The notes under the pieces were generated by a model. That model searched no databases, was not told where the DNA came from, and saw only the letters and a program-made list of their open reading frames with translations. DNA of 63,363 nucleotides, counting the filler, from Bigelowiella natans CCMP2755 (Eukaryota > Protista > Cercozoa): the NCBI GenBank assembly GCA_000320545.1. It is 5 parts of 5 records of this genome, joined end to end, with 100 filler letters (N's around TTAATTAATTAA, not from the genome) between each part and the next. Parts side by side here need not be neighbours in the genome. Positions count along the whole stretch, not along the records: positions 21,411 to 49,999 come from ADNK01001992.1; 4 more parts are not named here. One strand, 5' to 3'. Positions within the stretch are counted from its first letter, which is position 1. Every line of letters starts with the position of its first letter. Shown in pieces: positions 25,760 to 39,224 of the stretch. A program made the translations under genes and the position numbers.

Positions 25760-27101
25760 ATTTCGAAATTTTGTTCGATTGGCTGGAAGACAATGAGTGG
25801 GAAGAGATGTAATAGATATTAGGGCAAGGGAATACCGAAAAGTAGGACGAGGGGGAGGAAGTGCATGGCTGTCATTGTCTGCTACAACTTATGCGTGACA
25901 GCTCTTACTAATCCAGGGGATTTCACATTTTGAAACGGAAAATGGATGCATTTCTTCCAAAAAAAGGCAAATAAATTATTGGAGCTCGCCGTGGCTTCCG
26001 ATCTCCGCGGTACTTCAACATCTAGCGGGTTTTCTTGCTCGACAACCGAAGAAGTGTGTCGCACGATGGTGAAACTACTTGTAAAATTGATTTTTGTTCA
26101 CCAGGGTACTACTCGAGTCAAGAGGGTCCACGGTTCTCAGCGAGGAAAAAAAAGATCAAACGACTCAAAAAAAATCCTCGCGCAAAATTGATTTCTTGAC
26201 TGGGTGCTGATGCATGTTGCACTGCAATCCCTCTCCCTCCCCCTGTCTCTCTGTGCACGTGCGTGTGCGTGCGCTGCATTTGCATGTGATGTGATGTGAT
26301 GTGTGCATGCCTGCACTTGTGTAGTTGTCAATGCACAACAAGGATGCACACGTCAAAGCGGGAAGCACGAAGAGCAGCTCGAAGACGCAAAGCAGCAGAA
26401 CGACATTGCCAGCATTGGCCAGTGTGGGCTCGCTAGCTCGGGTGCAAACGAAGACCCAAGAGCAAACTGGCAAGTGCGTGTGCAATGCGCAAAGTGCAGC
26501 ATCCTCTCGTCTGAACTCTTTGATCGAAACTAGGCTGTGGCTGGGGCACACGTGCGTGTCTGGCGTGTGCACGCACAACCCAAATTGCAATTCTGGAATT
26601 GTTGCCACATGTCTTCGATCAAGTGCTCGTTCATGTTTGTTTTTCAACAAAAACAGCATTGTCACACTCGCTGCTGTGCGTCATTGTGCGCCCACACTCA
26701 TTGTGCAGCGCACGCATCGCCAGATCTGAGATCGTGTCATCTTCATGCATGCACACGCAGATCGTGCGAAGCAGCAGCTTGCTTGCAGTTGGTCCAGCAC
26801 AGCAGGCCACAGCAGGGATGATTGCAGGGCAGTGGGGTGCGCGCGTGCTGCGCCCTGCCGCTTCTTCATTGCTAGATTGGCCTGCACATGCATCGGGCCT
26901 CCATCGATCACCTTCAAATCCAATCCCACGATCATTGTGTTGCCCAAACAAGTGCATCATGCACTTCGGCTTGTGCACACGCTAGCACGACACAAGGAAT
27001 CTTGAAAATCGATCAATGACATGCAAGTACGTAGTCGTGTTTCAAGCACCTCACGTGCACATGCGCCCGCAATGAATCTGACAATGTGCGAATCTTTGGA
27101 C

Positions 27102-27986
27102 TTAACATGAAGCTTTGATGGCTCTTTCTTCTACAGACTTGCCAAAAACTAAGGCCTGAAGCAGCCACGGTATCACCATCTTTGCCCCACCTCCTGCTCC
27201 TCTCACGATTCCCCACACACGCCAACACACCGCAGAATTTCCTATTAAGCCACTTATAAAAAGAATTCTTGCAATTATTTCCAGTGCCCAGACTCTGATG
27301 TCGAAGCTATTCTCCGAGGGGATCATTAAATAGCCCTCCGAAATTGAAGCCGAGAGTACGAACAAAAGCGTGAACGCGAAGTCCCATGCGGCAGGAGGAT
27401 CTGGGTAAGTTATGCTGCTTAAACTTTTCCCTATCAATTCTTCTTGCTGCTTATGATCGATAAGGGCATTCTTGATCGTACTAACTGAAGGATGCCGGGA
27501 TAGCGATAGCGGAGTTTGAACAGAACTGGGTCTGGTCAATAGTGGTGTAGTTTCAGGCAGCAAGTGCGAGGAGGATCCACGCCGCACCCAAGAGACCGTT
27601 GGAGTCTGCAGGGTTCCTATTTAATATTATATTAAAGAAAACGCATTCGTTGAAAAATGTCGGAAATCGTAATCTCGTTGTTGTCTCCTAAGATTTACTT
27701 TATTTTCGAGAACTATTTTGTAATCTAGTACGTCCAAATTTGAGCTTTATCATCTTGAGTAAGCGGCCTGCCTGCAAGGCTGAGAAGTGTAAGTCGGCCC
27801 TAAGAAGTTCTTTCCAGTCAGTATCTATGTCAAGGTCGTCAAGTGTGCAGTTATTTTCTGCCAGCCGCTCGATAAAGGAGCTCCACAGAAGGGCTCCTAA
27901 AAAAGCAGGGATGAGAGAATATGTTAACCAAAACTATGGCAGCAATCCTGAATATAATATTAAAACTAAGATTTAACACAAATATG

Positions 27987-28031
<45 letters not shown>

Positions 28032-28383
28032 TCATACGTACATGAAGAAAAATATTCAAAAACTCGTGCCTGCACGAAATCCCCTAGAAGGATAGTAAGC
28101 AAGACCTGACTTGCCACAATCGGGAGGGGCTGAATCTCCTTCCCCTGGGAAAGAAACAGTTCTCCTCATTGGAGGTGCTGCAGTCACCGTCGTTGCAGCA
28201 GCTGCTGCATCAGTAGTAGTACTTGTAGCCGTACCCTCCTCTTTGAAGGATGCGTGCTTTTCATCGAGGGATGCCACAGCGCTTTTGTCTGCTGGTGTGG
28301 GGGGGGGTTCTGCGTGTCCATCCATCGGTGCATGTGACCGGTCCGCCCTTTCCTGCGCTGCTGGTGGGGCGGGATCGGTAGTC
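27102..28383 (-). CDS. Hypothetical protein with low-complexity N-terminus, possible SAM-like helical segment and hydrophobic C-terminus
   Basis: ORFs 28056-28325 and 27102-27587 plus an intervening exon ALLWSSFIERLAENNCTLDDLDIDTDWKELLRADLHFSALQAGRLLKMIKLKFG. Start and exact splicing not resolved. Confidence 0.5.
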
Positions 28384-29064
28384 TAGACCTCTACGTGTTT
28401 TTACGTACTCGTAGATGTTCTGAGGCGGTTTTTTTTCCTAGAGCACACTATGGAAAATGCAGTGTAATCCAGATCTACGACAGAGACTTTTCCGCTAGAA
28501 AAACCAAAAAAGTAACGCATCGACAGTCGTCGACCGATCGTGCGTGTCGGCTTCATTGTGTGCCTGCCAGGTCTACTTGCAGGCCACTTGTGCGGAGCAA
28601 GCAAAGAGCACTTGCCTGCAATTCCCCAGGTGCATGGAACTCAATGATGCTAGAATTTGCGCGCACGTTCACAACACATGTTTTGAATTCAAAGGACGGC
28701 CTGAAGGAAGAAGATTTCTTGTCGGAACAGAATGGTGCCCGCCCGATCTATTGCCGATGTTGGTGTGTGTGTTTTCCCCTTAAGCGGAAAGTGTAGGGGA
28801 TTGACAGCAACGGTGTCGACGTTGCATTCTTGCTACGAACTTGGACGATCTTTGTGAATGCTGGAAGAACCAACGTTTTGCATTTTTTGCAGACCGCATC
28901 CGGTGCGGAAGGTGTTGCAACTGAGCGGGAGAAGCTGCCCTGCCGTCTAGGGTACACAAGCATTCGGAAGCTTATTCTCTTGCCTTTTGCTGCATAGTTT
29001 TGGACGAAGCAACGAATTTCTATAATAACAATACTCAATCGATTCTACGTGTCTGTACGAAATC

Positions 29065-29560
29065 ATGTTAAGGTTCGCGTTGGGAGCAAGTTTGGTTCCA
29101 GCTACGGCTGCTGTCATTGCAGGGTGAGTTCCTCCTCCTCATTTTGTATAATTCTATGAAGATGGTACATGAACCTGGACAACAATCAAATTCATCTAAG
29201 GTTCACAGTAGCTGCATGCTACATTCTAACAGAGGCTCAAGATTCATTTATTAACAAGGTATGCAATCATCAATCTTGCAGCTGCTAGTGGTGTCCATGC
29301 TGATTCGTCTTCTTCTACATAACCCTATGTTGACATTTCCTAGGGTATACTATTTCCAGCCGTCTCCTTTCTCGGTAATAATAGTAATTCTCACGCCTCT
29401 CTATCGTAAATCGTTCATAACAATAACATATATCATGTTGTTCGTCTTCCTACACTCTCCATTAACTGACGAACAGGGCGATCCGGAGACGCAAAACTGA
29501 CATACCAAATAGGCTTCGCTACTACAGGTGTGAGCTCATGTCATGTGCATTTTTATACGC

Positions 29561-29607
<47 letters not shown>

Positions 29608-30513
29608 ACGGTATTTCATCAATTCGCTTCACAATATTAAGGCAGACATTTTCGAGATTTGTGGTGAGAGGGCCTTTTGTGTTTGTTTGCGGTGCAGGAA
29701 TGCTGCTTCTAGTGACCATTGGGCTTCTGTATATGCTTCTGGCAGAGGTGCCGCTATCCTTCTCGTAGCGCTTATTGCAACGAGCTAAGATTGTCATTCT
29801 TCTGAACCTCTCTTCTAAATTGCTCATGCCGTAGCCCCTCAGTATAATCGGACTCCTACGAGAAGATCCTTTGGCGAGCAGAGGAGAAGGTTTAAGGAGA
29901 CTTTGTCCCACACAAACACGCGTGCACGAATCAACTATGAAAGAAATCTCGAGCTCAGTTCCCGACTCCCTCTTCTTCTATTCTCTGTCTATATAGCCAA
30001 CAGCGCGACAACAGAAGGCTCCGGTAATCAAAGCCAGATAGCTTTTTCACCAGAGGCCAATACTGAGTGGGAGAAAATCTCTTCGCATGTCCATTCCTCT
30101 GCCCCTTATATCACCCGCAGGGTTGATAGTAGACCGAAGGGCCTCGGCCAGAGCTGTGAGCCGAGCATTTTCCATGGGACTTCTCAGTGCTGCTGGTGAT
30201 GCACAATGCGAGTGCTGCTGGTGGTGGTGCTGCTGCTGCTGCTGCTGGTGGTGGTGGACAATGAATCTAACCCAAAGAATTCCGAGTTAGCTAGAGCAGT
30301 AATGTAAGCATTCTTTCCAGGGGTCATCGTCCAAGGAGTATTCGTTCTTGAGCTGAAGATCACCGCCCAAACGCTACTACACTGGGCAGGCGCGCTGATG
30401 TTTATGATGGGGGCACAATCGCATGCAAAAGAGGTATTTTGTTGATGATGACCTTCTGCCAAAGGAACGGTCTTTTTGTCTTGCGAATAATGTTCACTCC
30501 CGTGATAGCTTCC

Positions 30514-30555
<42 letters not shown>

Positions 30556-31060
30556 ACTTTGAAGCTGAATTTTGGACAAATTTCAGGTGTTGCTCGTGTA
30601 CGAGACTACAGCATCAGAGCCATTGCGACGGCTTCTCAAAACGTAGTAACGCTAATACCATCAGCAGTAGAGATGAAATGAATGATCAGTGCCATGATAC
30701 CAATAGATGGATAGTCGAAAGGGACTCAATGCATGCATGCACGTGCCCTCATTGACTTTACATGTATATACGTCCTTACCGATCGAATTGCCAGGTCGCT
30801 TACATGGAAGCAGTGCTGCGTGAGTGCCCCAGGTACTGCTTGATCATTCATTTTACCCACAGCAAGTACTCGGAGTGATGACGAAGAGGCGGGTGGTGGA
30901 ATCGTTGCACAGATATGGTTTTGATGGTGATCTTGCGACCCAAATTGCTTCCCTGAAATGATTTCAGTTTGATGGTGTGATGGCACTTGCTCGCAGTATT
31001 GCTATTTCTCGTTCCCATTGCGGTACAAATCGGAAGGGCTGCCAGCGGATTAGACTCAGG

Positions 31061-31101
<41 letters not shown>

Positions 31102-31235
31102 TGTGTGTTTGTCTGTGTGTGCATATGTGTGAATGTGCGTGGGTGCTGTCTATGCACTTCAGCCTTCTAATTTCCCTTATTGCTCGCGAAACAGCTGTCG
31201 TCCAGAACTCGATGGGCGTGATGCAGTGGGGTTGA
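29065..31235 (+). CDS. Multi-exon hypothetical protein
   Basis: ATG with MLRFALGASLVPATAAVIAG followed by a GT donor; series of AG...GT-bounded non-repetitive segments (AIRRRKTDIPNRLRYY, IIGLLREDPLASRGE, GLIVDRRASARAVSRAFSMGLLSAA). No family recognised; end approximate. Confidence 0.4.
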
Positions 31236-32245
31236 TGAACAAGAAAAAAAATAAGAATAACATGTTAAGAGAAAACATCCGAATCATCCATCCCCAAAAC
31301 AGAGGCCATGCATGAAGTGTGTGGGAGTGTTTCGTTGAAAAAATCAACACTTTCGTAGACCCCACACCTTTTTTTTGTGGACCTCAGGAATTATTGGCTC
31401 GTACATTCTCTTCTTCCTCTCGTACTCCTTGGATTTGTTTTTAGTCATCATGTACTTCCCCGTAGTTGAAGACGCACGCGCAGATCAACCGCTAGAATCG
31501 AAAAAGAACAAATGAAAACAGCGGGCCGTACGTTGAAGTGAGACACACCGTACGCATATGCAGTGCCTGTGTTTGTGCCAAATCTAGAAATGGAAGGAAA
31601 CACTTTTGTATCCAGTGGCTCTGTACTCATTCTATGTGTGGGCATGTGGTGTATGCTGGGCGCATCGCAACAATGCGCGAAACAAAAGCACATGCACCAT
31701 GTGTAAGCGCTCACCATGGCCAAAGCGCAGTGCAACTGAGCTTCATTAGCATTATCACTGAAAAGATTCAATTCATTCATATTATATCCGCCTCATTGAG
31801 CGCGACGGCATTCACGAAAAACAGCCGACTAATAGGCCACGTACAGAGCATCTTGTTCACGATGTATTATAGTGTGCGAATGCTTGGTCTATCTGCTAAC
31901 CATCTATTAGCTGGCTAACTCACTTGTTATAGTTTATGATAGACATGCATGTAATACCACATTATGTTCGAGTCGCTTGCGTCTCGCTCGTTGCAACACC
32001 GCGTAGAGAATGTGCGGCATTTGCCCATTCATCATCGCATGTACGCACGTGCATTGAACAACGGGCGCAAATCCATTCCACGGATGATTTCATGGCGTCG
32101 ACCATAGTCAACAGCACACTAAATGCGAAATGCCATGAGAACATTGAGCGTGAGACAACCTCGCCACCAGATAATACTCACATGATAGATATGGATGCAA
32201 GCATGCCAACCCGTCACGTGTACTATTGACTGCTGTCACAGCTTC

Positions 32246-32936
32246 CTAATCTTTCTTCCGAAGCGCCGCAGCCGAAGTCTCTTTTGCCGCCTTGTCGACT
32301 ACGTCTTTGACATGAGCGAGGAAGTCCGCCATCGCGGTGTTGTGGATAGAATGGTACCCAGACGGATATTGCTCAACCTTATTTATCAACGTTACGCAAT
32401 ATATGTCAATTCTGGTATATTGAAAACAACCGGCAGAATAAGCGAATGCTGGACATCTGCCAGCATCACCATATGAAGTATAATAGATGCTAACGAGCAA
32501 GCGAGCGAGCGGTGGCCATGGTGGTGGCAGTTGTGTTATGAGTCTGCTGCTGATGTTGATGCTGATGATGATTGAGAATGATCATATTGCAAACTGTTAT
32601 GGTGAGGTGACAGCTCTGGTTGGAAATGCAGAGACGTGAAGAAGAAGAAGAAGAAGAAGAAGACGAAGAAGAAGAGAAAGAAGAAGAAGGAGGAGGAGGA
32701 GACGGTGGTAAAACCGATGATCATGATGGCATGTAATGATTATATGATAATAATGTAGTGTGTTGGGGTGTTCTGCCCGTGCATCATTGCGAACAACTCT
32801 GCAAAATGCCGTAGTACTTAGTGGTAGCACCTGCATGCGTGGCATGATCGATTTCATCTCTGCGACGGACGATTCCGCGCACACAGACCCCTTTCCAGCG
32901 ACAAGTAAGTGGACCTGTTGTTTCGAGAGGAGGGAG

Positions 32937-32981
<45 letters not shown>

Positions 32982-33919
32982 AGAAGAGAATCTCTTCACC
33001 TTCATGTTTTTGTGAGCTACATGCTGGACAGCGCAATGGCGTCAAGTCGATTGTGACAAAATTTACCTCAAGTATAGCTGCTGCCCCAATTATTATTATT
33101 ATTATTATCCAGAAGCCAACACTTCTTCTTGCACGATTATAATATTAGCAGCTCTACGATTAATAGCTTTCACCGACCGGAAAATCATGGTTTTCAGCAA
33201 TAGACCGGAATGAGAGACCCGCTTGCTTCGTAGCTAGAATGCGTTGAATCGCGAGGTTTCTAAAGATGAGGAAGACGACACAGATTAAGGAAAGGAGGAG
33301 GAGGTGGTGGAGGAGGAGGAGGAGGAGGAAAGGAGAGGAGAAGAGAAAATAGCAGGAAAAACAGTAACTACAATATCCCGATCGAAACATCGAGTGAGAA
33401 ATGCCTTTTGGTGATCTTTCACATTTACAGTGACGACTAGCATCAGAGGACAAACAATGATATAACTCGTCGCATATTCAGCGATCTTCAGCGTGTACAA
33501 GAGGGGTGTTTCGGGCATGGCGGGCTGGAATATCATTGGTCTTAACAACCTAGCAAGGGGATTGATATTTGACCAGACGTCCCCGTTTGGAAGTGCGAAG
33601 ATCTTTCCGGTACATTGTCAAAAAAAAGCATGCCCAACAACAAAGCAGCAACCACCACCACCAACAACAGCAGCAGCAAAAAGCAACAAGAACAACGAAG
33701 ACAAAAAGATAGTGTTTTGAGACGATGATTTGATGAGTGAGGCACACAGTCATTGCATGAAGATTGATCGTTGGTTCATTCGACTATACGTAGCAGCAGC
33801 AGCTGCGCTACCGACCCTTCCGGTAGCCCACCAGCCATCAATTCGCCCGTTTTCGTACCCTACCAAAAATGACACAACTTAAGCGGAAGATATTAATATC
33901 TGTGTACATACGCACACAC

Positions 33920-33956
<37 letters not shown>

Positions 33957-34554
33957 ATTTAATTCCGTTTGATGACAAGCTCCTCTCTATTGGGGGGGGG
34001 GGGGGGGGGGGGGGAGAAAGCTAAATCTATGCTACCGCCGTAATAAATCCGCATTCTACTATTTCCCCGAGAACGAAGAATATGAATCAGTAGGAAGAGA
34101 AAAAGGCCAACCGAAGGAGTTCAGAGCGCGTTTGCATGTCTCGAAATCGGGCTGCTGGCGGGTGAAGGAGCGGTATCTGCACAGTGAAGATACGAATAGT
34201 TTCCAGAGCGAAGCTAAATTTCAGTGGAGTTTGAGGTAGGGGGCTGGGGATTAGAGAGCGGGTATATGGTGGTGAAGATCTCACACCGTTGCATTTCCTT
34301 CGTATCCAGATTTTGAGGGTTCCTGCATAATCATCATTAGGCAGGTGATAAGAAGAGAAGCTTGGGAACACCACTAAGTTCATCACCACCACCATCATCA
34401 TCATTATCATCATCATCATCATCATCGTAATCATCACTTGCTTTCACACGACGTTGCAGCACCACCTTGCCCTAATGTCCATGTCTTCGATCATGAGGGC
34501 TGCGACATCGTCCGGGTACATTGCCGCGTAATTCATTACAACCATACCCTGAGA

Positions 34555-34589
<35 letters not shown>

Positions 34590-35541
34590 AGTGGTTAGAG
34601 GAAAAACGCTACGATAAGAACGCACAAATGCATTTTCGCACTCCTTTATACTAAGGAGGAGCAAATAGGGAAATCAAATTCAGGCTAAATGACTTTCCAA
34701 TGCGGGAAAGATCCAAGCTCACACTGCAATTGGGTGATGTGATAAAATGCATGTAATCCAAAAAAGCAAATGTCTACTTACTAACCCCCATTGAATGGCC
34801 AAGTAGCACAAAGGGGCGGGAAACACCCTAACGCAGTGGGAGGCAAAGGAAAAGAGAGACGGGGGGGGGGGGGGGGGAGAGAATTATGACATGTGATAGT
34901 GTTGTGGATTATGGCCTGTACGCGTGCATCGTTATGCAAACGACATTTCGAACAAGTGCAGCATCAGGAATCGCCGTCTTCATCGTCGTTTCTACAAATT
35001 AATGATGAGTACATGTGCGATGACAGCAGCTCGAATGTCAGCTGCAAGTTGCTCGTGGTTGAAGGACGTCTGATCGACACAAAAGAAGAAACCAAGTATA
35101 TTCATTGAAACTATCATCGTTGGACTTCCATGTAGCAGCACCGCCACCCACCTCGTTTCCCAATGGCGACTCCCCATGGCCCCTCAGATCAAGCGCAAGG
35201 GAAGGGTACCTACTCCCGCGATCGAACAGAGAAAAGTGAATAATAACTGATATATTATAGACTATGATGGTGTGATGATGGCGGTATGAACGATTATTAT
35301 TATTATTTTTTTAAGCATTCTCATACTGTTGCTTCTGCAATTCAGCTTGCACGCTCGCCCATGTATCCTTTGCGCTGTCAAGCCCGTGAATCAATACGAG
35401 TGTCGGCCTAGAGGACCGCACAAGTGACGACGCGAGCTGCTCGGGCTCGTTCGACGCACGTGCAGCAGTCATACAGCCGAACCCAGATGCAAGAGACGCC
35501 AGGGCCAAGGAGCGGACCAGATGTGCCCTGCCGGCCACCGC
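32246..35541 (-). CDS. Alpha/beta-hydrolase fold esterase (ABHD11/YbfF-like); multi-exon
   Basis: PTLVLIHGLDS, LALDLRGHGESP, QLAADI, nucleophile elbow FVLLGHSMG|G, AAMYPDDVAALMIEDMDI, and C-terminal GYHSIH with the catalytic His. True start lies upstream of 35541 and is unresolved. Confidence 0.9.
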
Positions 35542-35941
35542 CTAACGACGAGAATTGCGAGCAGGGGCAACCCGGTTCAACTCCACTCTCACAAATCTTT
35601 CTTCGTGAATTATGCAGAATAAGCTCTACCTTCGATTTTAGAAGGGAATAAGGGTGTAGGATCCTGCTCAGTTGACAGCCTCCAACTAGCGGTCTACGCC
35701 CTCTTCGAAGCTGTGTGTAGTCTCAAGTTAAGATGTTATGATCAGGCCGCCCATTCTCGGTCGGATGCCTGCCTGCATGCATGCATGCATGATCTTCTCT
35801 CGGCTCGATTCAACTCTCAATTCCAACCGTTTTTTCTCCTACATTCGTCTGCCCAACCCCTCCCCTTACTTCATTTAAGATGATTCAAAATGTCAAAACA
35901 AAGCCCGTCGCGTGTTGATGTGGGCTTCGCTGACGACGGGG

Positions 35942-35959
35942 TTAGGGTTAGGGTTAGGG
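35942..35959 (+). repeat. Interstitial telomere-type repeat (TTAGGG)3
   Basis: Sequence gggTTAGGGTTAGGGTTAGGGtt between two divergently oriented genes. Confidence 0.85.
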
Positions 35960-36358
35960 TTCGGACCCAACTTCGGACGAACGCCATTGTGGAAATTTAA
36001 GATATAAGATCAACTTCTTTCCCGACGATAAAATAAGCAGAACAAAGGGGATTTACTGCTAGTGACATACGTACCAGAGAGAAAAAATACCGTACTCGTA
36101 GACCTCGGAGGTTCATGATGATATTGATGGGGATTTACCAAATGCGACAATAAAATCTCTTGTATCCCGTACTTCTCGGCAACCACAAAGATCTTCGACT
36201 TCCGAAGGCTACCCCCCCCCCCTCTCCGTGCTCTTACTCCTGTCTCTGGATGGAAATATATTGGGAGTAGGAAAGGGTCTAAGATTCGCAATTGATTCGT
36301 ATTTCAGTCATAAGACTTGCACCACCGGGACCGACTGTAAAGGAAGCTGAGAAGGACG

Positions 36359-37603
36359 ATGGGCGCCCCACCCTCGATTCTCACGCTTATTGTCTCGATA
36401 CTGTCATTGTTCAGCATCTCGAGTTATTCGCTTCGTGTTCAAAAACAAGGGTTTAGGCTACCGTCTGCGACGGTTGCGAAGCGAGGGATTGCATCAATGA
36501 GGCGACAGATCTTCAACCTCTGCAGAACAACTCGCCACCCCCCTGCTGCTGTAACGAATCAAGCTAACGTAAGCGACGTTTCACAACATATGCACCCTGA
36601 TCGGTAGCCCGAAATAAATCGGCAAAGAATTTCAAAAATCAAAATGCTGAGTCTCCCCTTGCCCTTCTCTTTTGAAAGATTCTTGGTTGTCGTACGTATT
36701 GATCAGTCGGTCGGTCATTCATTCATTCATATTACGAATTCAAGGGGAATAGCCTTCGCACTTGCGGCGGGAGAGGAGGCCGATTCCCTTCGAACGATAT
36801 TCTTGTCTGTGAATCCTCTGTCACATGCAACGATGAGTCTTCTATTTCCTCTTTGGCGGCACCACACGCCTTCTCCACCTCTACCACCTTGCGTCCAAGG
36901 AAGAAGTCTAACTCTCATCAGCACACGAAATGGAATACGTTGTGGGAGGCGCTTTTAAACGTATGTTAGCTTCTCCTTCTCCTCCACCGGCCTCCTCCTC
37001 TTTCCTATTGCTGTTGTTTTTTCAAACGAATTTCCTAATACTACTCTCGTTGCTGCTGTATCACTGATTACTACTCACCACGCAGTACAAGGAGTTGCAT
37101 GGTAATCTTGCTGTGCCTCACAAATTCGTTGTTCCGGAGAATGACCACAAATGGCCGCAGAACCTTTGGAAGCTCAAGTTGGGGGAAATGGTAAGTGAGA
37201 AGTAAGAAGTAAGAAGCGGTGAGGATGGGGGAGAGCCTTTCCTCTAGGTGGGCTGCTCATCATCACCATCATCATCATCATGATCATCATCGCTAACAAC
37301 AACTAGGTTCGCAACATACGCACTGTTGGTATACACATCAAGACAAATCCAGACCGACGCGCCCAGCTGAATGAAATTGGGTTTGTGTGGGACAATTACC
37401 AATTCAAGTTTCAAAAGCTGCTCCAAGCTCTGCAGGTGGGTTGTTGCTCAGCGCAGCACAGCAGAAAAAGGGAGAAAGAGCGAGAACTCGAATTAGTTAG
37501 AAATTAACATTTCATTATCTGTTTGTTTTTTGTACTCCTCCTTTGATAATTGTCCTCCCCAAAGCAAACGACACATAGCCATAATAAATCAGATATATGT
37601 GTA

Positions 37604-37638
<35 letters not shown>

Positions 37639-37928
37639 ATATGCATATAATGTGTATACACACATATATGAATAAATATAAATAATATATGCGCGTGCCC
37701 CTCTCCCCCCTCCCCTCCCCACCACCACCAAATACCACTGCATAGACGTACGAGAGTATCCATGGGAACATGGAGGTCCCTGTGTATCCGCACTACGTCG
37801 TACCAAAGGGAGACGAACGGTGGCCAAGGGAGTTTTGGGGGTACTTCCTCGGGATTAGAGTGCGAAGAATCCGAGCCAACCAAGAGTACCCAAATATCAT
37901 TCAACTTAAAACACACAAAATATCCAAG

Positions 37929-37969
<41 letters not shown>

Positions 37970-38864
37970 CATGTATATTAATTAGATTTATGATAAGTGT
38001 TATTGATGGCATTAGATTTCTGACTCCATACCAAAAAGAGCAGCTCTCTAACATCGGTAAAAATTGCCTCCCCCCCCCCATCCCCCGCCTCATCCTACCG
38101 CTACACCTTCCACCTCATATATTACCGATTCTACCTATACTACTGCTGCCGCTGCTGCTGCTGCTGCTTTGATCGAGAATAATAGCCTTCTCTGTCATCT
38201 TCATCCTCACAGGCTTCGTATGGAAGGGCACAGACGTTTTCTTCAGGAAGTTCTTCAAATCGATTCTGCTGTACAAGGTGTGTTGGGCGGGAGAGCATTC
38301 GAGCCTCCCGGGAATGCATATGTGTAGATTCTGTCTATTTATCGGTTTGCATGTGTTGTGTGTGCGTTGTGCTGGGACTACTGAGCCGACTTTGCTCGAT
38401 CCCCGCCCCGTCTACTCTCAGGAGAAGACAGGTGGGTTAAAAGTCAACCGCTCGTTCATAGTCCCCCCCCACGATTGGCCTGACGATCTCCATGGATTTC
38501 CTCTTGGAGAGAAGGTACTACAAATACTACTACTACGAACACACGGCTACCGCCTCTTCACACAACATGTATGGAACATGCCTCCTTTTACTTTGAGGGG
38601 GTGAGAGGATAAACAGACCGTCCATAGAGAAATGAAAGAAGAAGAAGAAGAAGAAGAAGAAGAAGAAGAAGAAGCATCTCGAAACAAAAGTGCCTGCGAA
38701 TGAGCGGCTCTGCGGTCGGACTCCATTCATATCCGGCACATTTCTGTTGATCAGATCCATCAAGTCAAGTTTAAAGGGCTGTACATCAAAGACCGCCCCG
38801 ATCGACAGGAGAAGCTGCAGAATATCGGGTGTTACCTCACCAGTTGTAATAATGTCTATTCGAG

Positions 38865-38907
<43 letters not shown>

Positions 38908-39032
38908 AGATATGGTCATAGCTAAAGATCTTCTATTACAGGTTCCCAGTACCCGCAAGATATGTTCCACAACCGAGCAAGTCAGATGAGGCGTCTGTAT
39001 CAGCATCTATCATGTCCACTCTCTCTTCCTAG
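36359..39032 (+). CDS. Helicase-associated (HA, PF03457-like) repeat protein with signal peptide plus transit-peptide-like leader; multi-exon
   Basis: Three repeats: YKELHGNLAVPHKFVVP..WPQNLWKLKLGEMVRNIR..RRAQLNEIGFVW; YESIHGNMEVP..YVVP..WPREFWGYFLGIRVRRIR..QLSNIGFVW; YKEKTGGLKVNRSFIVP..WPDDLHGFPLG..QEKLQNIGF. Leader is hydrophobic, then R/S/A-rich and lacks acidic residues. Confidence 0.82.
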
Positions 39033-39224
39033 AGGCCTCCCTTATATACCTAGCTTAAACCAAGATGTATTGTAGAGACGCATATGTGTCATATTAATCT
39101 ATTTGTGTCTCTACATCCTTATCTCTTTAATATCTCTAGATGCATGCGTATTTAGATATGCATCGTGTAAACAAGCAGCATACATGCACCTATCAAACAT
39201 CAAACAGCTACGGTACGTGCAAGC

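Noticed and set aside
26137-27005. Stack of overlapping Cys/His-rich ORFs on both strands (also near 39456-40040 and 54337-54787)
   Set aside because: Explained by loss of TAA, TAG and Tyr codons in TA-depleted DNA; no recognisable domain.
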